Shown here: positions 50,072-57,600 of the stretch, one piece after another
Layout: each line of letters starts with the position of its first letter
How positions within the stretch are numbered: position 1 is the stretch's first letter
DNA from: Burkholderiales bacterium
GTDB lineage: Bacteria; Pseudomonadota; Gammaproteobacteria; Burkholderiales; SG8-39
Reading direction: 5' to 3'
DNA length: 57,600 nt
Assembly (NCBI GenBank): GCA_049582445.1
Contig: JBAUTZ010000102.1
Span: 1-57,600, forward strand
The notes under the pieces: model-generated
Seen by the model: only the letters and a program-made list of their open reading frames with translations
Database searches by the model: none
What the model was told of the DNA's origin: nothing
Position numbers and translations under genes: made by a program

Positions 50072-53000
50072 TCAGCGGAAGTTACGAGAGGTCACGGTAA
50101 GACGTCCCAGCAGGGAATCATGGTTGGAAAGCCGACGGGCGACCAGGTGCACCACTTCCCCATCGCGCTCGATGACCCCCTCCACACCCAGCAGGCGCGC
50201 GCCGAGCAGTTCGCGACGCTGGCGCTCGGCGCATTTCCGCCAGACGACCACGTTGACGCAGCCGGTTTCATCTTCGAGCGTGACAAATATCACACCGCTC
50301 GCGGTGTCGGGGCGTTGCCGACAAGTGACGAGCCCCGCCGTGCGAGCAACGCGCCCATGGGGCAGAGCCCGCAACCTCTCCGCCGTGAGGAGCCTGAGAC
50401 AGGAAAGTCGGTCGCGCAGCAGCGCAAGCGGATGGCGCCCCAGCGTCAGGCCGAGGCTTGCATAGTCCGCAACGATGTCCTCGCCCTCCTTTGGGGGCAC
50501 GAGATCGGCCGGCGTTTCGCGCACCGGCATTGTGCGCAACATGCCGGGCGCATGCTCCACGCCCGCTGCAAGCCAATGGGCCTGCCGGCGATGTCCCGCG
50601 AGAGACGAGAGCGCACCGGCCGCGGCGAGATGACCGAGTTCGCTCCGATCGAGTTTGGCGCGATGAGCGATATCATCGACGGAATCGAACGGCCGCGCCG
50701 CCATAATCCTCTTTGCCGCCGCCTCGGAAATGCCGTTCACCATTCGCATCCCGAGGCGCAGCGCCCGCCCTTCCAGCGTGCAGTCCCAGTCGCTCGTTGC
50801 GACGTCGACAGACCTCACCTCGACACCGTGGCGCTGCGCGTCCTGGACCAGCTGCGCGGGTGCGTAGAAGCCCATCGGCTGGCTGTTCAGCAGCGCCGCG
50901 CAGAACGCTGCTGGCGCGTGGCATTTGAGCCAGGCCGATACATAGACGAGCAACGCAAAACTTGCAGAATGCGATTCCGGAAAACCGTACTCCCCGAATC
51001 CAAGGATCTGTTTGTAGACCACCTCTGCGAAATCCCGGGCATAGCCACGCTCGAGCATGCCCCGCACCAGCCGCTCTTCAAACCGCTCGAGCTCACCTTT
51101 CCTGCGCCAAGCCGCCATCGAGCGACGCAGCTGGTCCGCCTCACCCGCGGAGAATCCGGCCGCGACCATCGCCAGCTGCATCACCTGCTCCTGGAAGATC
51201 GGCACGCCGAGAGTGCGCTCGAGGACTCGCTTTACCTCCTCGCTCGGGTATGTGACCGGCTCGAGGCCCTGACGACGACTCAGGTAAGGGTGCACCATGC
51301 CGCCCTGGATTGGTCCCGGACGCACGATCGCAACTTCGATCACCAGATCGTAGAAATTGCATGGTCTCAGGCGCGGCAACATGCTCATCTGGGCGCGTGA
51401 TTCGATCTGGAAAACACCGACCGTATCGCCGTGCTGGATCATTTCGTAGACCGCCGGATCGTCCACAGGCACGTCCTGCATCCTCAGACCCAAGAATTCC
51501 AGAGCACGGCGAATGGCCGACAGCATGCCGAGCGCCAGCACGTCTACTTTGATCAGTCCGAGGGCATCAATGTCGTCCTTGTCCCACTGGATCACCGTAC
51601 GGTCCTGCATCGCGGCATTTTCGATGGGCACCAGCTCGGCCAGCGGCCCGCGTGAAATGACGAAACCACCGACGTGCTGCGATAGATGGCGCGGAAACCC
51701 GACCAGCGTGGAAGTAAGCTCGAGCAGCTGCTGCACCACCCGACTTTCCGGGTCTAGCCCTGCATCGCGCACCCGCTCCGGCAGCCGGCTAGGGTCATCC
51801 CACCATGCGAGGCTGCGCGATAGACGCTCGATCTGATCGGGGGTGAGGCCCAGCGCCTTGCCTACGTCGCGCACCGCGCTGCGTGGTCGATAGCAAATCA
51901 CGGTCGCCGCGAGCGCGGCACGCTCGCGGCCGTACTTCGAGTAGATGTACTGAATCACCTCTTCGCGCCGCTGGTGCTCGAAATCGACGTCGATGTCCGG
52001 CGGTTCGTTGCGTTCCCTGGAGACGAAGCGCTCGAACAGCGTGCTCATTCTGCCGGGGTCCACCTCGGTAATGCCGAGCGCGTAACACACCGCGGAGTTG
52101 GCCGCCGAACCGCGTCCCTGGCACAGGATCCCCCTGCTTCTCGCGAACCTGACCACATCGTGCACGGTCAGGAAGAACGCCTCGTAGCGCAACTCGGCGA
52201 TCAGCTCCAGCTCGTGCTCGACGAGCTCACGCACCCTGTCGGGAACCCCGCCCGGAAAGCGCCAGCCAAGGCCCTCCTGCGTGAGCCGGCGCAACCAGCT
52301 CGCGGGGGTTTCACCCGCCGGAGCCAGCTCCGTCGGATATTCGTAACGCAGCTCGTCGAGCGAGAAGCTGCAACGCTCGGCAATTGCCAGCGTCTCGGCA
52401 AGCAGACCGGGCGAATAAAGCTGCGCCAGGCGCATGCGCAACCGCAGGCTGCGTTCCGCGTTCGGATATAACGCATGGCCGCACTGCGCCACCGGCTTGC
52501 CAAGACGGATCGCGGTGATCGTGTCCTGCAGCCGTCTGCGTGAGCGCACGTGCATGTGCACGTCGCCTGCGGCGACGAGCGGCAGCCCGGACGCTGCGGC
52601 CAGCTCGCCCAGTAGCTCGAGCCGTGCCCGGTCGTTGGCCCCGCAATGCAGTTCGGCGGCAACCCAGGCACGCGCTGGGAAGAATCCCGCAAGCCAGCAT
52701 GCGTTGTCGAGTACCGGCTGCTCGCCCGGCACGAGCAATGCGAGCACACCACCCCCCGCAAGCGGCTCGATATCGCGGCGCGCCAGCACATAACCACCCT
52801 TCCCCGCCCGCCTGCGTCCGAGGGTGACAAGCGTACATAGCGCGCCATACGCGCGCCGGTCGGTGGCGAGCAAGACGAGCCTTGTACCGTCGTCGAGCCC
52901 CACCTCGGTTCCCACGATCAACTTCAGCCCGGAAGCTTTCGCGGCGAGATGCGCACGCACTACCCCCGCAACCGAACATTCGTCGGTCAACGCCAGCGCA

Positions 53001-53116
53001 GAGTAGCCGAGCGCCGCGGCCCGTTCTACCAGTTCCTCCGGATGCGACGCGCCGCGCAGGAACGTGAAGTTCGACAGGCAATGGAGTTCCGCGTACGCGG
53101 GCAGGACGGAAGGCAT
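50072..53116 (-). CDS. dnaE2: Error-prone DNA polymerase (Pol III alpha paralogue)
   Basis: MPSVLPAYAELHCLSNFTFLRGASHPEELVERAAALGYSALALTDECSVAG (PHP domain). 1014 aa, last gene of the imuA-imuB-dnaE2 order. Confidence 0.96.
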   Translation of the reverse strand: MPSVLPAYAELHCLSNFTFLRGASHPEELVERAAALGYSALALTDECSVAGVVRAHLAAKASGLKLIVGTEVGLDDGTRLVLLATDRRAYGALCTLVTLGRRRAGKGGYVLARRDIEPLAGGGVLALLVPGEQPVLDNACWLAGFFPARAWVAAELHCGANDRARLELLGELAAASGLPLVAAGDVHMHVRSRRRLQDTITAIRLGKPVAQCGHALYPNAERSLRLRMRLAQLYSPGLLAETLAIAERCSFSLDELRYEYPTELAPAGETPASWLRRLTQEGLGWRFPGGVPDRVRELVEHELELIAELRYEAFFLTVHDVVRFARSRGILCQGRGSAANSAVCYALGITEVDPGRMSTLFERFVSRERNEPPDIDVDFEHQRREEVIQYIYSKYGRERAALAATVICYRPRSAVRDVGKALGLTPDQIERLSRSLAWWDDPSRLPERVRDAGLDPESRVVQQLLELTSTLVGFPRHLSQHVGGFVISRGPLAELVPIENAAMQDRTVIQWDKDDIDALGLIKVDVLALGMLSAIRRALEFLGLRMQDVPVDDPAVYEMIQHGDTVGVFQIESRAQMSMLPRLRPCNFYDLVIEVAIVRPGPIQGGMVHPYLSRRQGLEPVTYPSEEVKRVLERTLGVPIFQEQVMQLAMVAAGFSAGEADQLRRSMAAWRRKGELERFEERLVRGMLERGYARDFAEVVYKQILGFGEYGFPESHSASFALLVYVSAWLKCHAPAAFCAALLNSQPMGFYAPAQLVQDAQRHGVEVRSVDVATSDWDCTLEGRALRLGMRMVNGISEAAAKRIMAARPFDSVDDIAHRAKLDRSELGHLAAAGALSSLAGHRRQAHWLAAGVEHAPGMLRTMPVRETPADLVPPKEGEDIVADYASLGLTLGRHPLALLRDRLSCLRLLTAERLRALPHGRVARTAGLVTCRQRPDTASGVIFVTLEDETGCVNVVVWRKCAERQRRELLGARLLGVEGVIERDGEVVHLVARRLSNHDSLLGRLTVTSRNFR

Positions 53117-53120
53117 TGGT

Positions 53121-54557
53121 CTACGCGAACAGCCCGTGCAGGTACCAGCTGCCGCTTCGCTCGCGATATATCCAGAGCAGCGCGCTGCTCGATGTCCTCG
53201 CGATGAAGTAATCGCGCGCGATCTCTCCTCCGTCCCACCAGCCGGATTCGATGCGCTCGGGGCCGGACAGCAATTCGAGCCGGCCGCCGTCGTGAGGCAC
53301 GCCGCCCGACTCCTTGAGCCGGCGCGGCGGCTCGATCAGCCAGAGGGGTCGCGCGCCAGTGCGCGTTTCTCCGCCTGGTGGCTGCGCGTCGGCGCCGAGC
53401 GCCCGCCAAGCACGCTCCGGACGGTGCTCCGCCTGCAGGCCGATCCCGTGCACGGCATCCCCGCCCAGGCGCGCCCGCAGGCGCTCGAGCAGCCGTGCCC
53501 AATCCTCTCTTTCGGTACGCGCGCCGCGAAACAACTCCGCCGTATAGCCATGCAGCGGTTCGAAATCGGCGGCTTCGATACGGATTGCCTCGACTGGCTC
53601 GATCAGCACGACGGTCGAAAGCTTCTCCCGGAGCAACCTAAGCAAACGGTCGATATCGCGGCTGGGGGAGACAAGCCCGACTTCGACGACCGACGCAGGA
53701 GCCGCCCGATGCAGCAGCGTCAGAACAAACCGCCGCACGCCCGCCTGGCGGGCCGTGAGCAAACCCTCGAGCTGCACTAGAAGTCGCCGCGCAGCGAACA
53801 GCACTCCTTCCGCATGCTCCACCTCACCGTGCAACTCGAGCTTCGCGGCAAAGCGCGCCGGCGGGACGAACAACGTGCGCGGCTCCGGTGCTCTTCCCGA
53901 CGCGCGTTCCCAGCCTTCGAGCAGCGCCCGGCCCAAGCGCCGCCCTACGCCCTCTCGTGGCAGAGCGAGCAATTCCCCCATGGTCGTGACACCGATGCCG
54001 CGCAGGAGATCGAGTGCATCCCGGCCGGGGCAGGCCACCGAGACAGGCAACGCGGCAAGCGCCGTCTCGAGGAGTGCCGCGTCAGTGATCAGCTGCTCGC
54101 TCCCTGCGCTCGCAAGCCACCACGCACCGCGCACGGTCGGCGCTGCGGCGAGCATCGCCCTGAAACCCATTTCTTCAAGGCTGCTGCGTATCCGACCGAT
54201 CAACGGCGCAAGGCCATGAAACAGGCGCAGGCTGCCCTCGATCTCCATAAGCACGCCCTGCGGCGGCTCGAGCGACACGTAAGGCGTGAAGCGGCATGCC
54301 CAGGCCGCGATACCCTCGAGCGCTTCGTGTTCGGCTGCCTGCTCACGCGGCCGTACGCGCAGTCGCGGCGCGAACGCCCAGGCTGCGGCAAGCCCCATGC
54401 CGGAGCGCACGCCCAGCGCTTCCGCCTGCGCATTGCAAGCGAGCACCTCGCGACCGTCGGCGATCACCCACGGAACGCCCGCTAACTCATGCGGGGCACG
54501 GTCGCGCGACAGGGCTTCGAGCGCGAGCGAAGGAAAGCGCAGGGCCACCCACAGCAT
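53121..54557 (-). CDS. imuB: ImuB, Y-family polymerase-like accessory protein
   Basis: MLWVALRFPSLALEALSRD...PWVIADGREVLACNAQAEALGVRSGM. 478 aa, between imuA and dnaE2. Confidence 0.93.
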   Translation of the reverse strand: MLWVALRFPSLALEALSRDRAPHELAGVPWVIADGREVLACNAQAEALGVRSGMGLAAAWAFAPRLRVRPREQAAEHEALEGIAAWACRFTPYVSLEPPQGVLMEIEGSLRLFHGLAPLIGRIRSSLEEMGFRAMLAAAPTVRGAWWLASAGSEQLITDAALLETALAALPVSVACPGRDALDLLRGIGVTTMGELLALPREGVGRRLGRALLEGWERASGRAPEPRTLFVPPARFAAKLELHGEVEHAEGVLFAARRLLVQLEGLLTARQAGVRRFVLTLLHRAAPASVVEVGLVSPSRDIDRLLRLLREKLSTVVLIEPVEAIRIEAADFEPLHGYTAELFRGARTEREDWARLLERLRARLGGDAVHGIGLQAEHRPERAWRALGADAQPPGGETRTGARPLWLIEPPRRLKESGGVPHDGGRLELLSGPERIESGWWDGGEIARDYFIARTSSSALLWIYRERSGSWYLHGLFA

Positions 54558-55182
54558 GAACAGGCCTTTTGAGCGGAAGAAACACGGGCGCTGCAGCCAG
54601 CGCGCCGCGGCGCTTGAGGAGGCGCACCGTGATCCCTCCGTGTACAGGCTCGAGCGCGATACGCAGGCAGGCTGGCGACGGTTCGGGCGCTACTTCTGGA
54701 CGACGGAATAGGGCGCAAAAGACACGACTCGTCTCCGCCGCAACCGCAAGCCGCCGCAGTTCGGGATAGCGAATGTCGCGGAACCAGGCGATGAGCGCAT
54801 CGCAGCTGCCTGCACGCAGCACCTGCTCGGCGGCCCAAAGCGCATCGCGCCGTCCTGGGGCGCGCACCACCGATAGCTGAGCAAGGTCGATACCCGCGGC
54901 GGCGAGTGCCGGTGCATAGGGCAAATGCGGCGGGGCAAGCCACACGATACGCCGCCCTCTCCTGGAGAGCTTCACGAGCGCCGGCAGCACGAGCTGCAGC
55001 TCGCCGACGCCCTCATGCAAGCCGAGAATCTCGGTCAGTGCCCCGCTGGGCCAGCCCCCGCCGGGCAGCTCGCGATCCAGAGCGGCGAACCCGGTCGGCA
55101 CCGCCGGCGCCGGCAGGGGCGCAAGAGCGCCGCCGCGCCAGACGGAATGTCGCGCAAGGATATCGGCGAGCAATGTCTTCAT
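54487..55182 (-). CDS. imuA: ImuA, SulA/RecA-fold translesion synthesis accessory protein
   Basis: The ATG at 55182 gives MKTLLADILARHSVWRGG...TGFAALDRELPGGGWPSGALTEIL. First gene behind a perfect SOS box. Its 3' end overlaps imuB by 71 nt. Confidence 0.9.
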   Translation of the reverse strand: MKTLLADILARHSVWRGGALAPLPAPAVPTGFAALDRELPGGGWPSGALTEILGLHEGVGELQLVLPALVKLSRRGRRIVWLAPPHLPYAPALAAAGIDLAQLSVVRAPGRRDALWAAEQVLRAGSCDALIAWFRDIRYPELRRLAVAAETSRVFCALFRRPEVAPEPSPACLRIALEPVHGGITVRLLKRRGALAAAPVFLPLKRPVHAVGGPALSFARARSPVARPCPA

Positions 55183-55184
55183 AG

Positions 55185-55222
55185 CCACCCGTATACTGTA
55201 TTTATATACAGTATACGGGTGG
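55185..55222. repeat. 38-nt inverted repeat (17-nt perfect arms, 4-nt centre) enclosing the SOS box
   Basis: CCACCCGTATACTGTAT-TTAT-ATACAGTATACGGGTGG. The arms were checked by hand as exact reverse complements. Confidence 0.95.
55196..55211. promoter_or_regulatory. LexA operator (SOS box) CTGTATTTATATACAG
   Basis: Exact CTGT-N8-ACAG with an AT-rich core and flanking TA (TACTGTATTTATATACAGTA), 14 nt upstream of the imuA ATG. Confidence 0.9.
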
Positions 55223-55229
55223 CTGGCAA
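55201..55229 (-). promoter_or_regulatory. Putative sigma70 promoter of imuA-imuB-dnaE2
   Basis: Minus-strand reading gives -35 TTGCCA (55229-55224), a 17-nt spacer, and -10 TATAAA (55206-55201). The -10 lies inside the SOS box. Confidence 0.55.
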
Positions 55230-55235
55230 GGCCTG

Positions 55236-55679
55236 CTACTTAGCCCAGCTCTTTACCGCCTTCAGGATGCGCTCGTCCGCGAAGCCGAGCTGCGCCAGAA
55301 CCGGCGCGCGCTCGAAGATTTCGCCATAACGCCTGATATGACTGCCTTCCAGCATGCAGAAACTGATCCCCGAGAAACCGATGCGCCGACCCTCGCTGCC
55401 CCCGATCTTCGATACATAGGAGAACCGGTAACGTGCATAGCCCATGCGACCATCGCTGCACGTATCAGACAGGCACCACTCAAAATCCCGCGCATCGCGG
55501 TGAAAGAAATGCGTGATCATTCGTGCGATTGCCTCGCGCCCGGCAAACTCGCCGTAAAAACCGTCGTGATACACGCCCTCGGGCGTGAAGCACGCTGCAG
55601 CGGCTTCGGCATCTCCGTCGCAGATCGCCGTAGTCATGCGCACGAGAAGCTGGTCGAAATTTCGGCTGGTTTCAGTCAT
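55236..55679 (-). CDS. NTF2-like / SnoaL-fold protein, function unknown
   Basis: The ATG at 55679 gives MTETSRNFDQLLVRMTTAICDGDAEAAAACFTPEGVYHDGFYGEFAGREAI, a typical SnoaL-like N-terminus. ~147 aa. Confidence 0.65.
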   Translation of the reverse strand: MTETSRNFDQLLVRMTTAICDGDAEAAAACFTPEGVYHDGFYGEFAGREAIARMITHFFHRDARDFEWCLSDTCSDGRMGYARYRFSYVSKIGGSEGRRIGFSGISFCMLEGSHIRRYGEIFERAPVLAQLGFADERILKAVKSWAK

Positions 55680-55702
55680 AGGGTTCCTCCGGAACAGGAC
55701 CT

Positions 55703-56362
55703 TCACGAACCCGTCGGCCAACTCACCACATCCCAGCAACGGGAACGCGCGAGTTGCTCGAGCCTCGCGTCCGGATGCACTGCGACGGCGCGCCCCACAG
55801 CCTGGAGAAGCGGCGCATCATCGCTGGAATCCCCGTATGCGATGGCCTGCTCGATTGGGTGTCTCCTCGCCTCGCAGAAGGCACGTGCCAGGGAAAGCTT
55901 CTCTGCGCCGAATGGATGCAGGCGCGCAGGCAGCGCAGTGAAATATCCGTTGCGTACGTCGCATTGCGCGGCGATGCAATGCGCGATCCCAAGGCGCGCG
56001 CACAGCGGGCGAGCGATGAAGTCAGGCGCACCGCTCAGCAGCAGCACTTCGGTACCCGCGGCCTGGTGCCCTCTCAGCCGGGCCAGCATGGAGGGGCGCA
56101 AGAGGTCCACGAGTACCTCATGGACGAATCGCTCTGCGCTGCTCTGAACCTCCGCGACGTCGGCGCCTGCGAGATAGGCTTTGCTCCTTTTCCAAGTATG
56201 CCATCCATGATGTCGCAATTCGCCTATTCCGCATCCGAGCCAGCGCAGCAGCCCCAGCGGGCCAAGGCTACCCTCCCGTACGCGCTTCACCGCGAAACGC
56301 AGCTCGGCGCTGGGTCGCGGGATTAGTGTGCCATCCAGATCGAAGATCGCGATCGAGTCCAC
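55703..56362 (-). CDS. HAD-IB family hydrolase (SerB-like phosphatase subfamily)
   Basis: The GTG at 56362, 1 nt after the upstream stop, gives MDSIAIFDLDGTLIP (motif I DxDGT). LLLSGAP is motif II and YGDSSDDAPLL is motif IV. Confidence 0.8.
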   Translation of the reverse strand: MDSIAIFDLDGTLIPRPSAELRFAVKRVREGSLGPLGLLRWLGCGIGELRHHGWHTWKRSKAYLAGADVAEVQSSAERFVHEVLVDLLRPSMLARLRGHQAAGTEVLLLSGAPDFIARPLCARLGIAHCIAAQCDVRNGYFTALPARLHPFGAEKLSLARAFCEARRHPIEQAIAYGDSSDDAPLLQAVGRAVAVHPDARLEQLARSRCWDVVSWPTGS

Positions 56363-56363
56363 G

Positions 56364-56996
56364 TCAGGGACGCTCACGGCGCGGTCGCAGCCCAATCAGC
56401 CTCCCATCGCCGGGGCCGAATTCGAGGAGCACGGGGAGCGCGCGGGCAATGCACATCAGCACTGCCAGGTGCACCAGCACAGCGGTCACGAATTCCAGTT
56501 GGGACTGCCATTGTGCCCAACGTTCCGGTGCGAGCACTGGCCAGGGCCGCAGAAGAAAGATCCACACGAATGTGAGCGCCTTGGTGACGCCATAGGCGCC
56601 ACGCATCAATCGGCTCCCGACCAGAAAGCGCCCGATCCCGGAAGTGCCGAGTTCGAAGGGATTCCGCCCCCGGGAGGCGCCGACGCTCCGCACCGCATCG
56701 ACTAAGATTCCGCGCGTGATGAACACCAAGGTGATCCACAGTGGGACAAGGCCCATGTCTGCGAGAACGATCCAGAGCACGCTCTCGACGATACGGTCGG
56801 CCGCGATGTCATAAATCGAGCCAAATAGTGATTCCTCGTGAAAGTTGCGCGCAATCCAGCCGTCAAGCGCATCAAGCACAAAGATCAGAATCAGCACTGG
56901 TGCGACGGCAAGCTGCCACGCGGGCGACGCCCGGTACGCAATCCATACCGTGGCAAACAGAAGCACCAGCCTTAACGTGGTGATCGTGTTGGCCAT
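56364..56996 (-). CDS. CDP-alcohol phosphatidyltransferase family protein
   Basis: The ATG at 56996 has AGGA 9-12 nt upstream. The full signature DALDGWIARNFHEESLFGSIYDIAADR matches D-x2-DG-x2-AR-x8-G-x3-D-x3-D. Polytopic, ~210 aa. Confidence 0.88.
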   Translation of the reverse strand: MANTITTLRLVLLFATVWIAYRASPAWQLAVAPVLILIFVLDALDGWIARNFHEESLFGSIYDIAADRIVESVLWIVLADMGLVPLWITLVFITRGILVDAVRSVGASRGRNPFELGTSGIGRFLVGSRLMRGAYGVTKALTFVWIFLLRPWPVLAPERWAQWQSQLEFVTAVLVHLAVLMCIARALPVLLEFGPGDGRLIGLRPRRERP

Positions 56997-57088
56997 CAAC
57001 TTGTTCCTTCAGTGTCAGGCGCGAAGCGGATTGCGAAGGATACTGCTCGCGCTTGCGTCGTCCAGGCAAGCGGTTGGGTATCCCCGCC

Positions 57089-57126
57089 AAAAAAGTAAAA
57101 AGCCCCGAAGGCAATGCCTCCGGGGC
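57089..57126 (-). terminator. Rho-independent terminator of the rRNA operon
   Basis: Sense strand GCCCCGGAGGC-AUU-GCCUUCGGGGC followed by UUUUUACUUUUUU, ~12 nt after the 5S 3' end. Confidence 0.85.
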
Positions 57127-57137
57127 TTTGGGATGTG

Positions 57138-57250
57138 GCCTGGCGGTAACCTACTTTCGCGTACGAATGCACACTATCATCGGCGCAAACCCGTTTCACT
57201 GTCCTGTTCGGGATGGGAAGGAGTGGGTCCAGGCTGCTATGGCCGCCAGA
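57138..57250 (-). rRNA. rrf: 5S ribosomal RNA (ends +/- 3 nt)
   Basis: Reverse complement TCTGGCGGCCATAGCAGCCTGGACCCACTCCTTCCCATCCCGAACAGGACAGTGAAACGGGTTTGCGCCGATGATAGTGTGCATTCG...GTAGGTTACCGCCAGG aligns with E. coli 5S landmarks (CCGAAC, GTGAAAC, GCGCCGATGGTAGTGTG). Confidence 0.95.
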
Positions 57251-57365
57251 TTGACTCTGGGCCCGTCGCGTTGGCGGCTTAGGCCGCCGCGGCACGGACC
57301 GCGATTCGGATTGAAGTGAACCTGGGCGCGAGATTGCGCGCTCTTTAACCGTCTGCTCACGGTTA

Positions 57366-57600
57366 TAGGGTCAAGCCACACGGGCAATTAGTACGGGTTA
57401 GCTCAGAGCCTCACAGCCCTTGCACACCCCGCCTATCAACGTCCTGGTCTAGGACGACCCTTTAGGGAGTTCGAGCCTCCGGGAAGTCTCATCTTGAGGC
57501 GAGTTTCCCGCTTAGATGCTTTCAGCGGTTATCTCTTCCGCACATAGCTACCCGGCAATGCCACTGGCGTGACAACCGGTACACCAGAGGTGCGTCCACT
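57366..57600 (-). rRNA. rrl: 23S ribosomal RNA, 3'-terminal ~235 nt; gene continues past the right edge
   Basis: Reverse complement ...GGAAGAGATAACCGCTGAAAGCATCTAAGCGGGAAAC...GACGTTGATAGGCGGGGTGTGCAAG...GAGCTAACCCGTACTAATTGCCCGTGTGGCTTGACCCT matches the conserved 3' end of bacterial 23S (E. coli ...GCTGAAAGCATCTAAG...GTTGATAGGCCGGGTGTGTAAG...GCTAACCGGTACTAATGAACCGTGAGGCTTAACCTT). Confidence 0.95.

Noticed and set aside
49943-51400. 485-aa plus-strand ORF, plus several 60-260-aa ORFs on both strands across 50.1-54.6 kb.
   Set aside because: All overlap dnaE2 or imuB, either antisense or out of frame. dnaE2 and imuB are full-length and canonical.
55185-55222. The imuA palindrome as an mRNA hairpin sequestering the imuA ribosome-binding site.
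   Set aside because: The best promoter fit puts the -10 inside the palindrome, so imuA transcripts would contain only the right arm. A DNA-level role, or a role in the upstream transcript, is more plausible.

Overview
High-GC (roughly two-thirds G+C by eye), densely coding proteobacterial chromosome segment. I call about 55 CDS, 3 tRNAs and the 3' end of an rRNA operon. The ORF track accepts ATG, GTG and TTG starts and reports the longest frame, so I trimmed many starts by reading the sequence. Most of the window is core housekeeping. In order: smc (partial); queF-dapC-dapD-(pilU-like)-dapE-prmB; a CYTH/CHAD protein; tRNA-His/Arg/Pro; dksA; rpsO-pnp; rimP-nusA-infB-rbfA-truB; rluB-scpB-scpA-trpS; an M50 protease; yciV-yciO; a hydrolase; dadA; a gamma-carbonic-anhydrase-like protein; an SDR; a ~1166-aa multi-domain flavin/Fe-S oxidoreductase followed by a Liv-type ABC importer; a diguanylate cyclase; a CDF transporter; a RutE-like reductase; a CoA-transferase; an MFS transporter; pncB; lexA; a six-gene signalling island; a TPR gene; dnaE2-imuB-imuA with a perfect SOS box; an NTF2-like/HAD-IB/CDP-alcohol-phosphatidyltransferase trio; then 5S and the 23S 3' end. 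I saw no transposase, integrase, CRISPR array, prophage remnant or recognisable phage-defence gene. The most unusual content is the island at 43.1-49.4 kb, between lexA and the SOS mutagenesis cassette. It has a PAS histidine kinase and a CheY-like receiver facing a tightly coupled operon of four genes: a stand-alone Hpt, a REC-class III cyclase with non-canonical catalytic and specificity positions, a REC-Hanks Ser/Thr kinase, and an HD-GYP protein whose metal-ligand motifs are degenerate. Secondary points are a 38-nt extended palindrome around the imuA SOS box, the giant GltD/NfnB-like plus PyrK/NfnA-like fusion protein, and a terminator hairpin in the rimP-nusA-infB leader. All functional calls come from motif reading of translated sequence. 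No database search was possible.
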